Part shown: positions 14,300 through 28,159 of the stretch, one piece after another
How the letters are laid out: each line of letters opens with the position of its first letter
Position numbering within the stretch: the stretch's first letter is position 1
Source of the DNA: Octopus vulgaris
Taxonomy: Eukaryota
Assembly (NCBI GenBank): GCA_951406725.2
Contig: OX597821.1
Location: forward strand, 45,446,001 to 45,510,000
Reading direction: 5' to 3'
Length of the DNA stretch: 64,000 nt
Translations under genes and position numbers: made by a program
The notes under the pieces: model-generated
The model's input: the letters and a program-made list of their open reading frames with translations, nothing else
The model's database searches: none
Told to the model about the DNA's origin: nothing

Positions 14300-14590
14300 T
14301 CCTTTTCATTCATTTTTTAAAATCTCGCCAAAAATTTCAATGTTTTTTGTGTGTATGTGTGCATGTGTGGTGTCAACAAAATTTTCATTGTGGTTTATCA
14401 AGTAATGTGGATAACCCAATGTTTGTATAGCTTTGTAAGCCACCCAAGAATCATTGTAAATAACTGGGCCAGGTTTGATGTATTTTTGAATTAGTGAAAG
14501 CAATGTCACTTTGTCACACTTCTAACCAGTCAGAGGAGTAACAGCAATGTTTGCTAATCTGCTCAATTCCAGCGAACAACCAAACATAAA
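14300..14590 (-). mobile_element. Merlin (IS1595/ISXO2-like) transposase fragment
   Basis: LFAGIE...TLLSLIQKYIKPGPVIYNDSWVAY...GYPHYLINHNENFVD...HTKNIE follows the Merlin pattern PGxxIxSDxWxAY...VNHSxxFVD...HTxxIE. Confidence 0.85.
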
Positions 14591-14759
14591 CATTTCAATT
14601 AGAATATACAATCAGTAAATTGAATTAATACTCGCAAAATTCTGTTACTGAGGCAACCTAATTAGCAGTGAAGATGGTGTTCGAAATATATGAAAGACAG
14701 ATTAAGGCTGAGATGAAAATATCTTTGTAGGTTGTATAGTGTTTGTGTATGAAATGCAA

Positions 14760-16050
14760 AATTGTTTGGTAGTGAGATCCCTCTTGCTCATCATTGTCCT
14801 CCAGGCAATAACAGGAATTTAAAATGGGTTGCCCCTGGGAGCTCCTCTATGCTCATGACCTTGTTCTTATTGCCGAATCACTACCTGGACTAGAGAAGAA
14901 ATTTCAGGTGTGGAGGCAAGGTATAGAATCAAAGGGCCTTTCAGTTAATCTAGCAAAAACCAGTCTTAGTAAGTAGGAGAGCAGACAAATCGCAACACTC
15001 TTCAGGTAGATCTGTAGGAAATGTGTTATTAGAAACTCCATAAGAAGTACCCAGTGCAAGCTATGGATACATAAGAGGTGCAGCAATATCAGAGGAAGGT
15101 TAACTGGGAGTATAACTTTTGTGTGTGGAAGGTGCACAGATACATTAAACACTAAAAATGTACAGAAAATAGAGTTTGTCAACTGCCAGCAGGGCAAGTA
15201 GTAGATAACTTCTGTTATCTAGGTGACTAAGTTAGTAACAGAGGTGGATGTGCTGAGAGTGGTGTAGCTGTGAGAATAAGAATAGGCTGGGCAAAGTTCA
15301 GAGTGCTCCTACCTCTGCTGGATGTGCAATGTCAGTGTGCATGTACGACTGAGTATAAGCATCTTGAGAGAAAAGTTGGGCATAAGAGGCATCAGATGTG
15401 GTGTGCAAGAGAGACAACTGTGCATGTACAAGGACAGCAGTGTAAAGAAGTGCTGATATTTAACTATGGAGGGAACCTGTGGTATAAGTAGACCCAGGAA
15501 GACATGGGATGAGGTGGTGAAACATGACCTTTGAACTTTGGACCTCACAGAGGCAATGACTAGTGAGCGAGACCTTTAGCGATATGCTGTGCTTGAGAAG
15601 ACCCATCAAGCCAAGTGAAATCATAGTCGTGGCCGATGCTAGTGTCATGTAACTGACACCCATGCCTGTGGCACATAAAAAGCATTATTCAAGGGTTGGA
15701 CCTCTCGGAGGCAAGGTGGCCAATGCCAGTGGCATGTAAAAAGCATCTTTTGAGTGTTGGGCCTCACAGCGGCAATGATAAATGACAGAGATCTTTGGCA
15801 TTATGCCATGCTTGAGAAGAAAACCCATCAAGCCAATGAAATCATAGTCGTAGCAGATACTGGTGTCACACAAATGGTACCTGTACTGGTGGTACCTAAA
15901 AGCACCCGTTACACTCTTGGAGGGGTTGGCATTAGGAAGGGCTGTAAAAGTCTTGCCAAATCAGACTAGAGTCTGGTACAGCCTTGCCAGCCCTGGTCAA
16001 ACCATCCAACCCATGCCAGCATGGACAATAGATGGTAAATGATGATGACG
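14760..16050 (+). mobile_element. Decayed RTE-like LINE (RT C-half with PHD insert, repeat-containing 3' UTR, (GAT)n tail)
   Basis: PWELLYAHDL, CKLWIHKRC, FCYLGD, RIRIGWAKFR, then the family C tail. Confidence 0.8.
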
Positions 16051-17204
16051 AAGCATGACAATTAATGGAGAAGGTGGATAAAGGCTGGAAAGACATGAAG
16101 TGACCATGTGCAGTTTATTATGTTATATTGGTAATGAACAACGGAGCACATATGAGGTGAGAGGAAAACTGGGTATAAGAGGAATCAGATGTGGTGGGCA
16201 TGTGTGTAAGAAGGAAGACTTAGCTGGCACAGACATGTAATGTCTGTGGAAAGTAAGAGAATAAAAGCCCAAAGATGTGATGGTAGTTGATCTCAAAAAG
16301 TTAAATCTCATGAAGGAGACGACAAGGGCTGCTGCTAATGGTGGAATGCTATGCCCGACCCATAGAACATAGGAAACAATGGATATAAAATAGTGGTGAT
16401 GATGATGAGGATGATAAACAGCAATGAAAGAACCTCTATATAGTTGCTCATACTACTAGAAATAACAGCCAAATCATTCTCAAATGACATCCTATTGTCT
16501 TAAAAATTTAAGGATTTTTTGAATTAAGTAAATCTTAGCTATACTATATCTGAATAAAGGAGATTATGATCACAACTGAAGCACCTTTGATTATAAGTCT
16601 ACTGTGTTGGGGATTGAACTCTTGAGTTTAAGCAACAAAGGAAAAGAAGATTGTAACTGGATTGAGGAAATTGTGCTATATTCTGTTGGTTCTTCTTCTC
16701 CAGATAACCTATAATAGTTTACACATTTAATCTTTCTTCTCTATTGTGTCCTTCCTCCCCATATTGTCAATAAGAGCTTACACATCTCATCCTTCTCTAT
16801 TTTGCTTTTCTCCTGATAATCTATAACAGGTTACACATCTAACCCTTCTCTGTTGGCTTTACTATAATTGATTCCCATAAATTGCTGTGAAAGATATTAC
16901 ATAGAATCAGATTGTTTCTTTTGTTCTATATTTTGTCTAACTGGCAGTTATTGATCTGTTGTAAATAATTAAAAATATAAACAGTATAATATCAATACAC
17001 TATCAATAACATTTACCATTTACTTAGCTTAAATTGGCACTTTTAGAGCAATATTCTACGTGAAATGTATATGTTTTTGTATGTTATTAAAACCAAGAAG
17101 AAATCAATTATCCAGTCAAAATATTTTCATGCTTGGATCTAATATTTCTTTATTTTGTGCTTAGTTGCCAAAAGCTTGCTCCTATGCACAAACACACTCA
17201 CACA

Positions 17205-17680
17205 TATACATACATACATACATACATACATACATACATACATGCATGCATACATACATACATACATACATACATACATACATACATACATACATACATA
17301 CAAACATACATACATACATACATACATGCATGCATACATGCATACATACATACATACATGCATACATGCATACATACATACATGCATACATACATACATA
17401 CATACATGCATACATACATGCATGCATGCATGCATACATACATACATACATACATACATGCATACATACATACATACATACATACATGCATACATACATA
17501 CATACATACATACATGCATACATGCATACATACATACATACATGCATACATACATGCATACATACATGCATACATACATACATGCATACATGCATACATA
17601 CATGCATACATACATACATACATACATACATACATGCATACATGCATACATGCATACATGCATACATACATACATACATA
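17205..17680. repeat. Long (TACA/TGCA)n microsatellite
   Basis: About 470 bp of compound tetranucleotide repeat; similar tracts at 948-1142, 8728-9100 and 36058-36470. Confidence 0.95.
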
Positions 17681-17684
17681 TTTT

Positions 17685-18405
17685 CTTTTATTCTTTTACT
17701 TGTTTCAGTCATTTGACTGCGGTCATGTTGGGGCACTGCCTTTAGTCAAACAAACCGACTTATTCTTTGTAAACACACCAACATTGGTTGTCAAATGATG
17801 GGGGGGGGGGACAAACAGATGCACAAATACATACATACACACAAACACACACATATATATATATATCTTAGAAGAAATGAGGTACTCAGAAAATCAGATG
17901 GTTTATATTTACAGATATTTATTTGTATATTACATTTTTTATACATCATATAACTTAGATCATATATTAGCGCTTTCTCCCATTCTAGTGGGGTTTTCAA
18001 ATCAAACTAAGTTCCTGTGTGAAAAGTTTTGACCCTTTTATAGTGGTATTGAGTTTGAGTTTACACACAGGAACTTAGTTTGATTTGAAAACCCCACTAG
18101 AATGGGAGAAAGCGCTAATACATGATCTAAGTTATATGATGTATAAAAAATGTAATATACAAATAAATATCTGTAAATATAAACCATCCGATTTTCTGAG
18201 TACCTCATTTCTTCTAATATAAAATACCTGTACATCATCTCCAAACCTTCCAATATATATATATATATATATGATGGGCTTCTTTCAGTTTCCATCTACC
18301 AAATCCATTCACAAGGCTTTGGTCGGCTTGTGGCTATAGTAGAAGACACTTGTCCAAGGTACCACATGGTGGAACTGAATGCGGAACCATGTGGTTGGGA
18401 AGCAC
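17685..18405 (-). mobile_element. SINE family A copy carrying a nested fold-back insertion
   Basis: Tail 17685-17830 and head 18270-18405 are separated by an inverted repeat sitting in the internal (TA)n. Confidence 0.85.
17868..18217. repeat. Near-perfect inverted repeat, 154-bp arms, about 42-bp spacer
   Basis: ttagaagaaatgaggtactcag...gttcctgtgtg versus cacacaggaac...ctgagtacctcatttcttctaa. Confidence 0.95.
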
Positions 18406-18407
18406 AT

Positions 18408-20100
18408 TCTCAACAAGACGATCTAACATGATTCTTGAAAGTATCTTCCCGGTATGTGCCAGAAGAGTTATCCCTCTAGAATTATCACCCATTGCTTTCA
18501 AGCCCTTACCCTTGTATACAGAGATTAGAATGTCATTTATCCATTCTTGTGGCACAGAAGATTCATTCCAAAATCGAGTTATCAGGTTATGAATTTCAGA
18601 TGAAATATGATCCCTGCCTGCTTTCAGAATTTCAACTGGAATATCATCCAATCCAGGAGCTTTACCTGATCTCAGTTAACATAATGTCAGATTTACCTCT
18701 TCAATGGAATGCAGGATGTTGTTTATGATATCCATGTTCACTACAGAGGAATTGTGGAAAGGATCTGCAAGGTGTTCTCTCCAGCTATTCATTATTCCAG
18801 GAGGATCTTTAATAACCTCATTTCCATCTTTTGACTTCAAGGGAACATATGATGATGATGAAGATTGCAGTCCAAAAGCTTGTTGCAATAAACTATAGAA
18901 ACTTTTAATGTCTTTTCTGTTATAGAAAAATTTCTCCACCAAGTGTCTTTAAGTCTCCTGAGTTCTTTTTGCAAGTCTGCTTTCTAAGACTTGTACAACT
19001 TTTCTAGTTGCACTTTGTTCTTAACATTTGGGTCAAGAAGCTTTTCATGAGTGGATCTCTTTGTTGCTAAAAGCTCATTTATCACTGTATCATTGGAATC
19101 AAACCAATCTCGGTGTTGTCTACTTTTAAAACGTAACACCTCTGATCCCATTTTATATATTCCATCACAAAAAGATTGCCATGAACCTTAAAAATGAACA
19201 TTGCTGCATCTCTTCTGAAACAACTACAAAACTCGTGGTTGTTTTAGCTGCTCTACATCAATTTTCTTTCATACTTGTACACCTGCGTGATGAATCTTCT
19301 TATGGACCCTGAACTTGAACTTGGCCCTAACCATTTTGTGATCAGTATCACAATCAGCACTTCGCAATACTCTGAGACTGCACAAATCTTGTAAGTCAGC
19401 TTTCCGAGTTAATGCAAAGTCAATCATGTGACCTTACTTTGATCTTGGGTGAATCCAGGTAGCTTTATGTTTCATCTTATGATGAAAGAAAGTATTCCCA
19501 ACAATCAATCCTTTGGCTTCCCATCCCAGAATAATGTGAAACCTGCTGCTCTTTCGACAAGATGATCTTCATCTGAACATCTTGTTTCAGAAAGAGCTGC
19601 AACATCAACATTAAGATACCTTAGTTCCTTAGTTACTAGAGCTGTTCTTCTTTCAGGCCTATCTGCTCGATCTAAAAGAGTTCTCACATTCCAACAGGCC
19701 AGGTTAAGAGAAACTTTATTCCTTGCATACTTGTTATCATTGTTTGTATCAATTCTTTGTTCATTCCTGCTTAATTGAACCACCGTTAGCCGCAGTAAAC
19801 TAACCAGCAGAGAGAGGACAGACAATTTTTAGGGCACCTTTTCTAGCACCTTCCCTGTATATCCAGGTGAGCAGTGTTCCCCTTGAAAGGGCTGCTCAGA
19901 CACAGGATTCTCCACTGAAAACAGTTCCTGTCCATGAAAACATGTTAGCAATGTTAAGATTAGAACCCTACTGCCTTATGTGCAGGTTTGTAACAGTATG
20001 CATCCAACAGGTCAAGTCTGCATATGTCGCCACACCTCTATCACCATACGACTTTTGGAAAGTGATAATTGTGCTATGATGGTGTTTTGTCGGTGACATC
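18408..20100 (-). mobile_element. RTE (BovB-like) LINE 5' portion: AP endonuclease and RT start
   Basis: ACWNVRTLLDR...ERRTALV..EL...NVDVAALSETR; CDTDHKMV; VYKGKG...NSRGITLL. Internal deletion and frameshifts. Confidence 0.9.
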
Positions 20101-23100
20101 TGTACTTCATTTAATTTCAGTGACAATGCCTGTACAATACTTTTGCTACTCTCTGAGTCAATATAGTAGATTCCAGTAATATGCAAAGCAAGATGTCTAG
20201 TACTAAGCTGACTGCAGATTTATATTGGAGTATATATACATTATATATATTATGAGTATGTGTGTACATGTATATCTATGTGTATGTGTGTGTATGTGTG
20301 TGTGTGAATGTGTTGCATACTATGTTTTGTTTACTACTATATTCAGTGATTCATTCTCTAAATGTTTATATTGTTGCTGCTGTTCTTGTTTGTGTTTAAA
20401 CCAAGTGAAAATAACTGTGACAGAACATGTTATTTCTGCTGCTTACAATTTTATACCTCACTGTTCTGAGTTCATAATCTCTTAGGTGGGAATCAATGCT
20501 ATTTTCTTCCCCCCTCTATACTTCCTGATGAATAAACCAAGCACCCTCCAGTCAATGGGACAATAAACTCAACTGTAGTCCCACCCAACAAAAATTCCCT
20601 AGTGTCTGTGCGAGAAATCATTATAATTCTAGCGGTTGGCTAATTTCTTTGCTTTCAATTTGTTAACATTATCACTATTTTTCATATGCTTCAAATAATG
20701 ATAAATGAGAGATTGTGACTTTCATGCCTTTCTTAATATTTTAAATCATAGTAATTAAAACCAAGTACTTACTTGTATAAAGTTTGTTATTCATATAGTG
20801 TAACATGTTTGTTACATTCATCTAACATGTTTTTACATGTTGTTTATTATAATATTAATGAGATAAAGCAAACTTGACAGGATGTTTGTCAACCAGTTGA
20901 TCTATAATTCATTCATTATCTTATCACTCTTCTCTAGCTCATGGATTTATGACTATTACATCTCAATAGCCCAGTCCGACTTAACTGTAAATAGGTACAT
21001 ACAAATACCAGATGTAAGCAGTTATGTTCTGTTCAGTTGGGTTACCCAAGATACACCGCATAAAGATCAAGTCTTTTGTAGCATTCTAATGGGTTACAGA
21101 ATTAAAGTGACGAGAAACTTAATTATTTAATGAGAAATGTGTCGTAACATATTGCCTGATCGCTGTGCAATTATACATTTATTTGACTAATTGAAAGGTC
21201 AGTAATTATAACCTTTCTATTGGTATTGTATTAAGTCATCAAGCAAAGTGTATTGTCCTTTCTTCTGGTATTCTATTATCTCATTAAGCAAAATGAATGA
21301 TTTTATTTCTACGGTTAATTAACTGGAAAATAAAAACAATACTTTATGATATTATGGTTAACTTTAAGAGATGCTGTCAGCTGTAAAACATTTTCTCTAA
21401 TGATTTATGCAAATATACAATAAAAAAAAATTTACTTTATACAAATGTGCAATATTTATTTATACTGCTATGTTGTAGGTTTGAATATCTTGTCACCAAT
21501 AATGTTATGGTGACTTTATAGTGCAGATTGGTGTATAATAGTATTATCCAAATAAATATTTGGATATAGTTATCTAGAATAACCTTTCGCAGAGTTAATA
21601 TGTTCACACAGAACATGACTGATCAACACTGTCAACTGCATTGCCGGTGGAATGTAAAAAGCACCATTCAAGTGTGGTCAATGCCAGTGTTGCCAGACTG
21701 GCTCCTGTGCCGGTGGTACATAAAAAGCACCATTCAAGTGTGATCGATGCCAATGCTACCTGACTGGCCACCATGCACGTAAAAGGTACCCACTACATTC
21801 TTGGAGTAGTTGGTGTTAGGAAGGACATCCAGCTGTAGAAATCTTGCTAGATCAGATTAGAGTCTGATTCTGCCACCTGGCTTGCCAGTCCTCAGTCAAA
21901 CCAACCAATCCATGTTAGCCTGGAAAGTGGATGTTAAATGATGATAATGATGATGATGATGATGATGATGAAGATGATGATATATATAACATATTGTTTA
22001 TGCAATTATACAATAGCTATTTTCTTTACACAAATATATATTTGATGAAATAATTATCTCCTTTGAGACCACTAGGGGATCCCTGTGTGTTTGAAAAATC
22101 CTCAATGTGATTTTATGAAAATCGATTTTATTCTGTTGATAATGAGCAAGACAGGTATATTTATGGATAGATGTCTGTTTTGATACACATTTGTTGGAAC
22201 ATTATGAGAAAAAGAAAAAAAGAAAACAGTTTGAAACAAGTGCTTACACATCAAAGAGTACATTGGAAACCAGCTTGTGAAATTGGTTGCAGCTAAAACT
22301 GAAATTATTGGCTACTATAAGACATTTTCACAAAGTAGAATTCTCTAGAAACAGTTGTGAAAATGAAGAACTATTTGTTCTCTGTTCCAAACGTACTAAT
22401 ATTCTATGAAAGAAAAACGACAGCGACAATATATCCCATAAATTTCCTCTAAAATTGTTTCCATCTTTAATGTTATGTTTTACTGTGTGAAACATTTAAT
22501 TAATAAGCCACAGGTTATGTCATGCTGACAATTCTTAACAAGAATGAAATAGTGTTATACATGATTGCCAATAACTAGAAATTTTAAGAACTTCATAAGT
22601 AAATATACAATATCTATTTTATTTATACAAATACACAATATTTACTTTATCTATATAGATATGCAATGTCTATTTTAATTATATAAATATATACAATAGG
22701 CATAGGAGTGGTAAGAAGTTTGCTTTCTAACCAAATGGTTCCAGGATGAATCCCACTGCATGGCATCTTGGGCAAGTGTCTTCTCCTATAGCCTCAGGCT
22801 GACCAAAGCCTTGTGAGTCAGTTTGGTAGATGGAAACTGAAAGAAGTCTGTCGTATATATGTATGTATGTATGTATGTAAGTATTTGTGAGTCAAATGAC
22901 TGAAACAAGTAGAAGATAAAAGACAAAATATCTGTTTCATTTTTACAAATATATAATATTTTATTTCATTCATACAAATATACAATGTCAATTTGATTTA
23001 TTCAAATATATATAATATTAATTTGAAGAAATGGGTAAATGTGTAGAAATGTTATGATACTAATATCTTTATTCAGATAGTGGGTGAGAATTATCACGTT

Positions 23101-23149
23101 AATCAGCCCTGTATATTGCTGATACTAAATAGAGAATGATTCAAGATAT

Positions 23150-23470
23150 TCAAGCAACTGTCATACTTGTAATACAAGCAGGTTTAACTGAATTCAAATG
23201 TCTGTTCTACTTGAAATGATTAGGGAATTTATTCAAATGACAATATACCAATATTCTATATGAAATTCATTCATGTGGTTATTATATCAACAAAATACAG
23301 TGTTAACTCAAGTTACTATTGTACCAGTAATATATAGGGAACATGTTTGATTCAAATAACTATTATACCAATAATAAACAGGGTTTAATACAAGTGAGTG
23401 TATATACCAGAAATATTTAGGAGGTTAATTCAAGTGGCATTATACCAGTAATAAACATCGGATTAATTCT
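23150..23470. repeat. Degenerate minisatellite, unit about 40 bp
   Basis: Recurrent tataccagtaata...ggtttaattcaagtga just upstream of exon 3. Confidence 0.6.
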
Positions 23471-23621
23471 CTTATCCTACATAAACTGATTTTGTGTCAA
23501 GTCATAAGAAATCAATATTCCTCTATATTTCTGAAGAGAATCGATCAAATATTAGTGATACATCAAATATATTATTATATATTCTTTGACTGTTCTTTAA
23601 TCTTTTTCCTTTCATCTTCAG

Positions 23622-23805
23622 GTCATTATCGATATGTAGATCTCTGTTCCGTGCACCACGATGGTTTGCTGTATAAATGGGTTTTCAACAGCCAGTATGG
23701 TTTTGCTGGAAATGTTCTTACTTTTGCAGAACGTTATAAATCTGTCCTTCGTTCAAAGAAAATGGAAGGAGGCTTTTTAAAAGCATTGACTCAGTCAAAA
23801 TTAAG
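23622..23805 (+). CDS. CERKL: CERKL-like exon 3 of window
   Basis: Polypyrimidine tract plus cag acceptor, AG|gtaaat donor. HYRYVDLCSVHHDGLLYKWVFNSQYGFAGNVLTFAERY...FLKALTQSKL. Phase 1 to 2. Confidence 0.9.
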
Positions 23806-24104
23806 GTAAATAAACATTGAATTATTTTATAGAAATAAGGTGTTTGTAATTCATGTTTTCCAAAAACTGCCACACAAACGTTTTGCTTTAATAACATCAT
23901 TGATATATCACTGTTGCATTAAAACGTAACTTGAATATTGTTGGTGATCAAAATTATGGAATATTATTACAGAGTATTGGTGAGGACACACACAGCACCT
24001 GACAGATGTTGAAAAAACAAAATATTAGTCTGTTCTGACAAATAAGGTGAAATAAGTAAAGTTTTCTTTAGGGATTTTAAGAGAGCTTTATTTATTTATC
24101 TATT

Positions 24105-24156
<52 letters not shown>

Positions 24157-24189
24157 GCTACTGCTGCTGCTGCTGCTGCTACTACTATG

Positions 24190-24272
<83 letters not shown>

Positions 24273-24280
24273 GTTATTAT

Positions 24281-24495
24281 TAAGTCAGTGAACTGGCAGA
24301 ATTATTAGCACAAAGGGCAAAATGCTTAGCAGCATTTCCTCTGTCCTTGCCTTCTGAGTTCAAATTCTGCTGATGTTAACTTTGCTTTTCATCCTTTCGA
24401 GGTCAATAAAATATGTACTAGTTGAGTACTGGGGTCAATGTGACCAAATTGTCCCCTCCCTCTAAATTGCTGGCCTTGTGCCAAAATATTTGAAA
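24281..24495 (+). mobile_element. SINE family B copy after (CTA)n
   Basis: gaactggcagaattattagc...gagttcaaattc...tttcatcctttcgaggtcaataaa...ggccttgtgccaaaat. Confidence 0.85.
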
Positions 24496-24790
24496 TCATT
24501 ATTTTGGAGATGGCACTTTCCCTTGGTATTCAGAGAGATCTCAGACAATGGGATTCCTCAATTATCTCTAGAGTTCATCCTGTATCAGGAAGACTACATC
24601 TTTATCATCTCCAATCCCTTTTTTTAACCTTTCTATACTATCTATACCCTTCCTTTTCATTGTATATTATGTATACTTACTCTCTTTTTTGGGGGTTTTG
24701 TTTATTTATTTTATCATTTCAATTGTCCCCCTTATCCATCACCCTGGTGGTAAATAAATTAAATCATTATTATAATCATTGTTATTATTA

Positions 24791-24835
<45 letters not shown>

Positions 24836-25822
24836 GGTGGCACGTAAAAAGCACCCACTACACTCACGGAGTGGTTGGCGTTAGGAAGGGCATCCAGCTG
24901 TAGAAACACTGCCAGATAAGACTGGAGCCTGGTGCAGCCTTCTGGCTTCCCAGATCCCCGGTCGAACCGTCCAACCCATGCTAGCATGGAGAACGGACGT
25001 TAAACAATGATAATGATGATGATGATGATGATTATTATTATTATTATTGTTATTACTAGTATCATCATCATCATCATTATTGTGTAGAAGAGGCTGAGCA
25101 GCACCCATGATAATTTTCAGGGTCTCTGAGACAGATTGGAGGAAGTAATGAAGATATCCTTAGACCAGTGAGCTAGCCTAATGCTTGCAATGGAGGGGAC
25201 TCTGCTATAGGTATAGAATTCAATGGAGTGATGGTGTTCAACTAGGCAATGGGTTAAGTGTACCACTCTGGAATACAAATAATTTCCTAATGGGATTCTT
25301 AGAGTTTCTGTCTTCCAAATTTCACTTACAAGATTTTGGCTAAATGAAGGTTATTTCAGGGTTCACTTGTCCAAGGTGCTGTGAAGTGAGATTGAACCTA
25401 AAACCATGTAGCTATGAAGCAAAATTCTTAACCACACAGACATGCCTGCACCCATTTGCAAATTATGTGATTTGCCTTCATTATTTGAATTTTTGTGTAT
25501 GAAGGTAAAATAATGTTATTTTTATTCATTTCAATCTTTGGACTGCAGCCTTGCTGGGGCATTTCCTTGAAGAGTTTTGGTCAAATGAATCAACCCCAGT
25601 ACTTATTTTCTAAAATTTGGTACTTATTCTAGCATTCTCTTTTGCCAAACCACTAAGTTACAGGGATGTAAACAAACCAATACCAGTTATCAAGTAGTTT
25701 GTGTGGGGAGACAAATGTACAAGCATACACACATACATGCATATATAACAGACTTCAACACAGTTTCCACCTCCCAAATTCACTCTCAAGAAAGTCAGAA
25801 AAAGAGCAGCAGAATAGAAATA

Positions 25823-25861
<39 letters not shown>

Positions 25862-25886
25862 GATAACAACAACAACAATAATAATG

Positions 25887-26333
25887 ATCCTTTCTACTTA
25901 GGCACAAGGCCTGAAATTTGGGGTGGGGATAGTCGATTACATTGACCCCAGTACTTGACTGAAACTTAATTTATCAACCCTGAAAGGATCATCGGCAGAG
26001 TTGACCTCAGCAGAATTTGAACTCAGAACGTAAAGACAGATGAAATGACACTAAGCATTTTGCCCAGCATGCTAATGATTCTACCAGCTCATCACCTTGA
26101 TAATAATAATAATAATAATCCTTTCTACTATAGGCTCAAGGCCCGAAATTTTGGGGGCGGGGACTAATTGAATACACGACCCCAGTGTTTCACTGGTACT
26201 TAATTTATTGGCCCTGAAAAGATGAAGGGCAAAGTCGACCTCGGCAGAATTTAAACTCAGATCATAGTGACAGGTGAAATACTGCTAAGCATTTTGTCCA
26301 GCATGCTAATGATTCTGCCAGCTCACTGCCTTA
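25887..26333 (-). mobile_element. Two tandem SINE family B copies in (AAT)n
   Basis: Copies at about 25887-26098 and 26119-26333, separated by taataataat. Confidence 0.85.
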
Positions 26334-26369
26334 ATGATAACAACAATAACAATAATAATAAAGATACAG

Positions 26370-26845
26370 AAATTAAAGCTAATAGATAGAAAAATTAAGG
26401 CCAATAAAGATAGAGAAATTAAGGCCAATAGGCTGGATATAGAGTTCAGAGATCACAAAGAAAATGAATGCTTTCTAGTTGATGTATCAATACCAACAGA
26501 TGACAATGTTTCTCTAAAAGAAACGGAGAAACTTTCAAAATATGAACATCTGGAAATAGAGGTAACTCGAATGTGGAATCTAAAAGCAGAAACAAATCCT
26601 ATCATAGTAGGTGCATTAGGTATGATAAAAACAATATTCAGACAAATGCATAAGAAAAACACCAGGACTAACGAGTATATATAACATACAGAAAATAGCA
26701 CTACTAAACACTGCACGCATCCTACGTAAAACACTTTCAATACAGTAAAAATAAGAGATCACAACATGCCACAGCACATACCCAAGGCACACAGAGCTGC
26801 GCTTGTTAGTGCAGTGAAAGCATGCAACAAAAATAAACTACTGAA
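26370..26845 (+). mobile_element. R4/Dong-clade LINE 3' end (restriction-like endonuclease)
   Basis: IKANRLDI...FLVDVSIPTDDNVSLKETEKLSKYEHLEIEVTRMW...PIIVGALG (RPD..D..K..KY motif); bounded by (AAT/AAC)n on both sides. Confidence 0.88.
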
Positions 26846-26953
26846 TAACAATAATAATGATAATAATAATAGCAACAACAACAACAACAACAAAAACAAC
26901 AACAGCAACAATAACAATAATAATAATACAGTAGAAGAAAACATGAGAGAGGA

Positions 26954-26986
<33 letters not shown>

Positions 26987-27128
26987 GAGATGATGTGTGG
27001 GTAGATAAATTGTAAGGAAATATCATATAATGTTAATATCCTTTCAGATTGATCCAATAATGTCATATGTGTCCATGTTTAGCATTTGTTTTAGTTTCCT
27101 CTCTAAAGAGATGTTTGTATATTGCCAG

Positions 27129-27203
27129 GAGTTACATGTGTAAAGTAGAATACAGACAAATAGAAGATGATGATTCTGAGGAGAAGAATGCATGTACAAG
27201 AGG
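27129..27203 (+). CDS. CERKL: CERKL-like exon 4 of window (75 nt)
   Basis: ttgccag acceptor, GG|gtaagt donor. (R)SYMCKVEYRQIEDDDSEEKNACTR(G). Phase 2-2; carries the first Cys of CxxxCxxC. Confidence 0.85.
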
Positions 27204-27482
27204 GTAAGTTGGTTGGTCAATTGACTGGCCATTTGTTTTCTAGAATACTGTTGATATCTTTATGATTTATTGATTTATGCTGCAGTCATCATTATCATCA
27301 TCCTCATTTAACGTCCGTTTTGCATGCTGCCATGGGTTGGACGGTTCGACTGGGGTCTCGGAAGCCAGGAGGCTGCACCAGGCCCCAACCTGATCTGGCA
27401 GTGTTTCTACAGCTGGATACCCTATTTATATATGTGTGTATTCACCCCACCACACACACACAAATGTATGTATGTATGTATG

Positions 27483-27569
<87 letters not shown>

Positions 27570-28159
27570 ACATACATACATACATTCATACATATTTATA
27601 TGTATATACACATAATTTTATATTCCTGAAGCTCTATTAGAGTGCTAATTGGTTGAAGTGTATAAAGTGGATAACTCTACTGTTTATGTTTTCATTGTAT
27701 ATATATATATATATACCAGAGTAAGCACATAAATGTGAAACAAGGGGATAAAAACAGTATTCGAATACCGGAGGTAGAGTAATATGCTTTTTTAATAAAG
27801 CTGCAAAGACATCACAAAAACTGTTACTCAGAGTTTCATGAACAGGAACATGAAAATCTGAGTAGCAGTGCTTGTCAGTACCCTCTTGTGACCTCTATTA
27901 ATTTTGCCTTTAGGTTCTAATTGACAACAAGCCACTCTTTTTAATTTTTTTGTTTACACTTTTGAAATTTTGAAAATCAAAATAATGGTTTTGACAATTT
28001 TTCTCATAAGACTGACAGAAGAAGTTGAGTTTAACCCTAAGCTTTAAGATTTACTGATGAGGATTGAGATGGTCTACATCAAAATCCAAAATCACGATCC
28101 AACTATGTATGCTGGGGACTTACCTCCCTTTGTCAGTCATTAAGACAGGTCATCAACCA

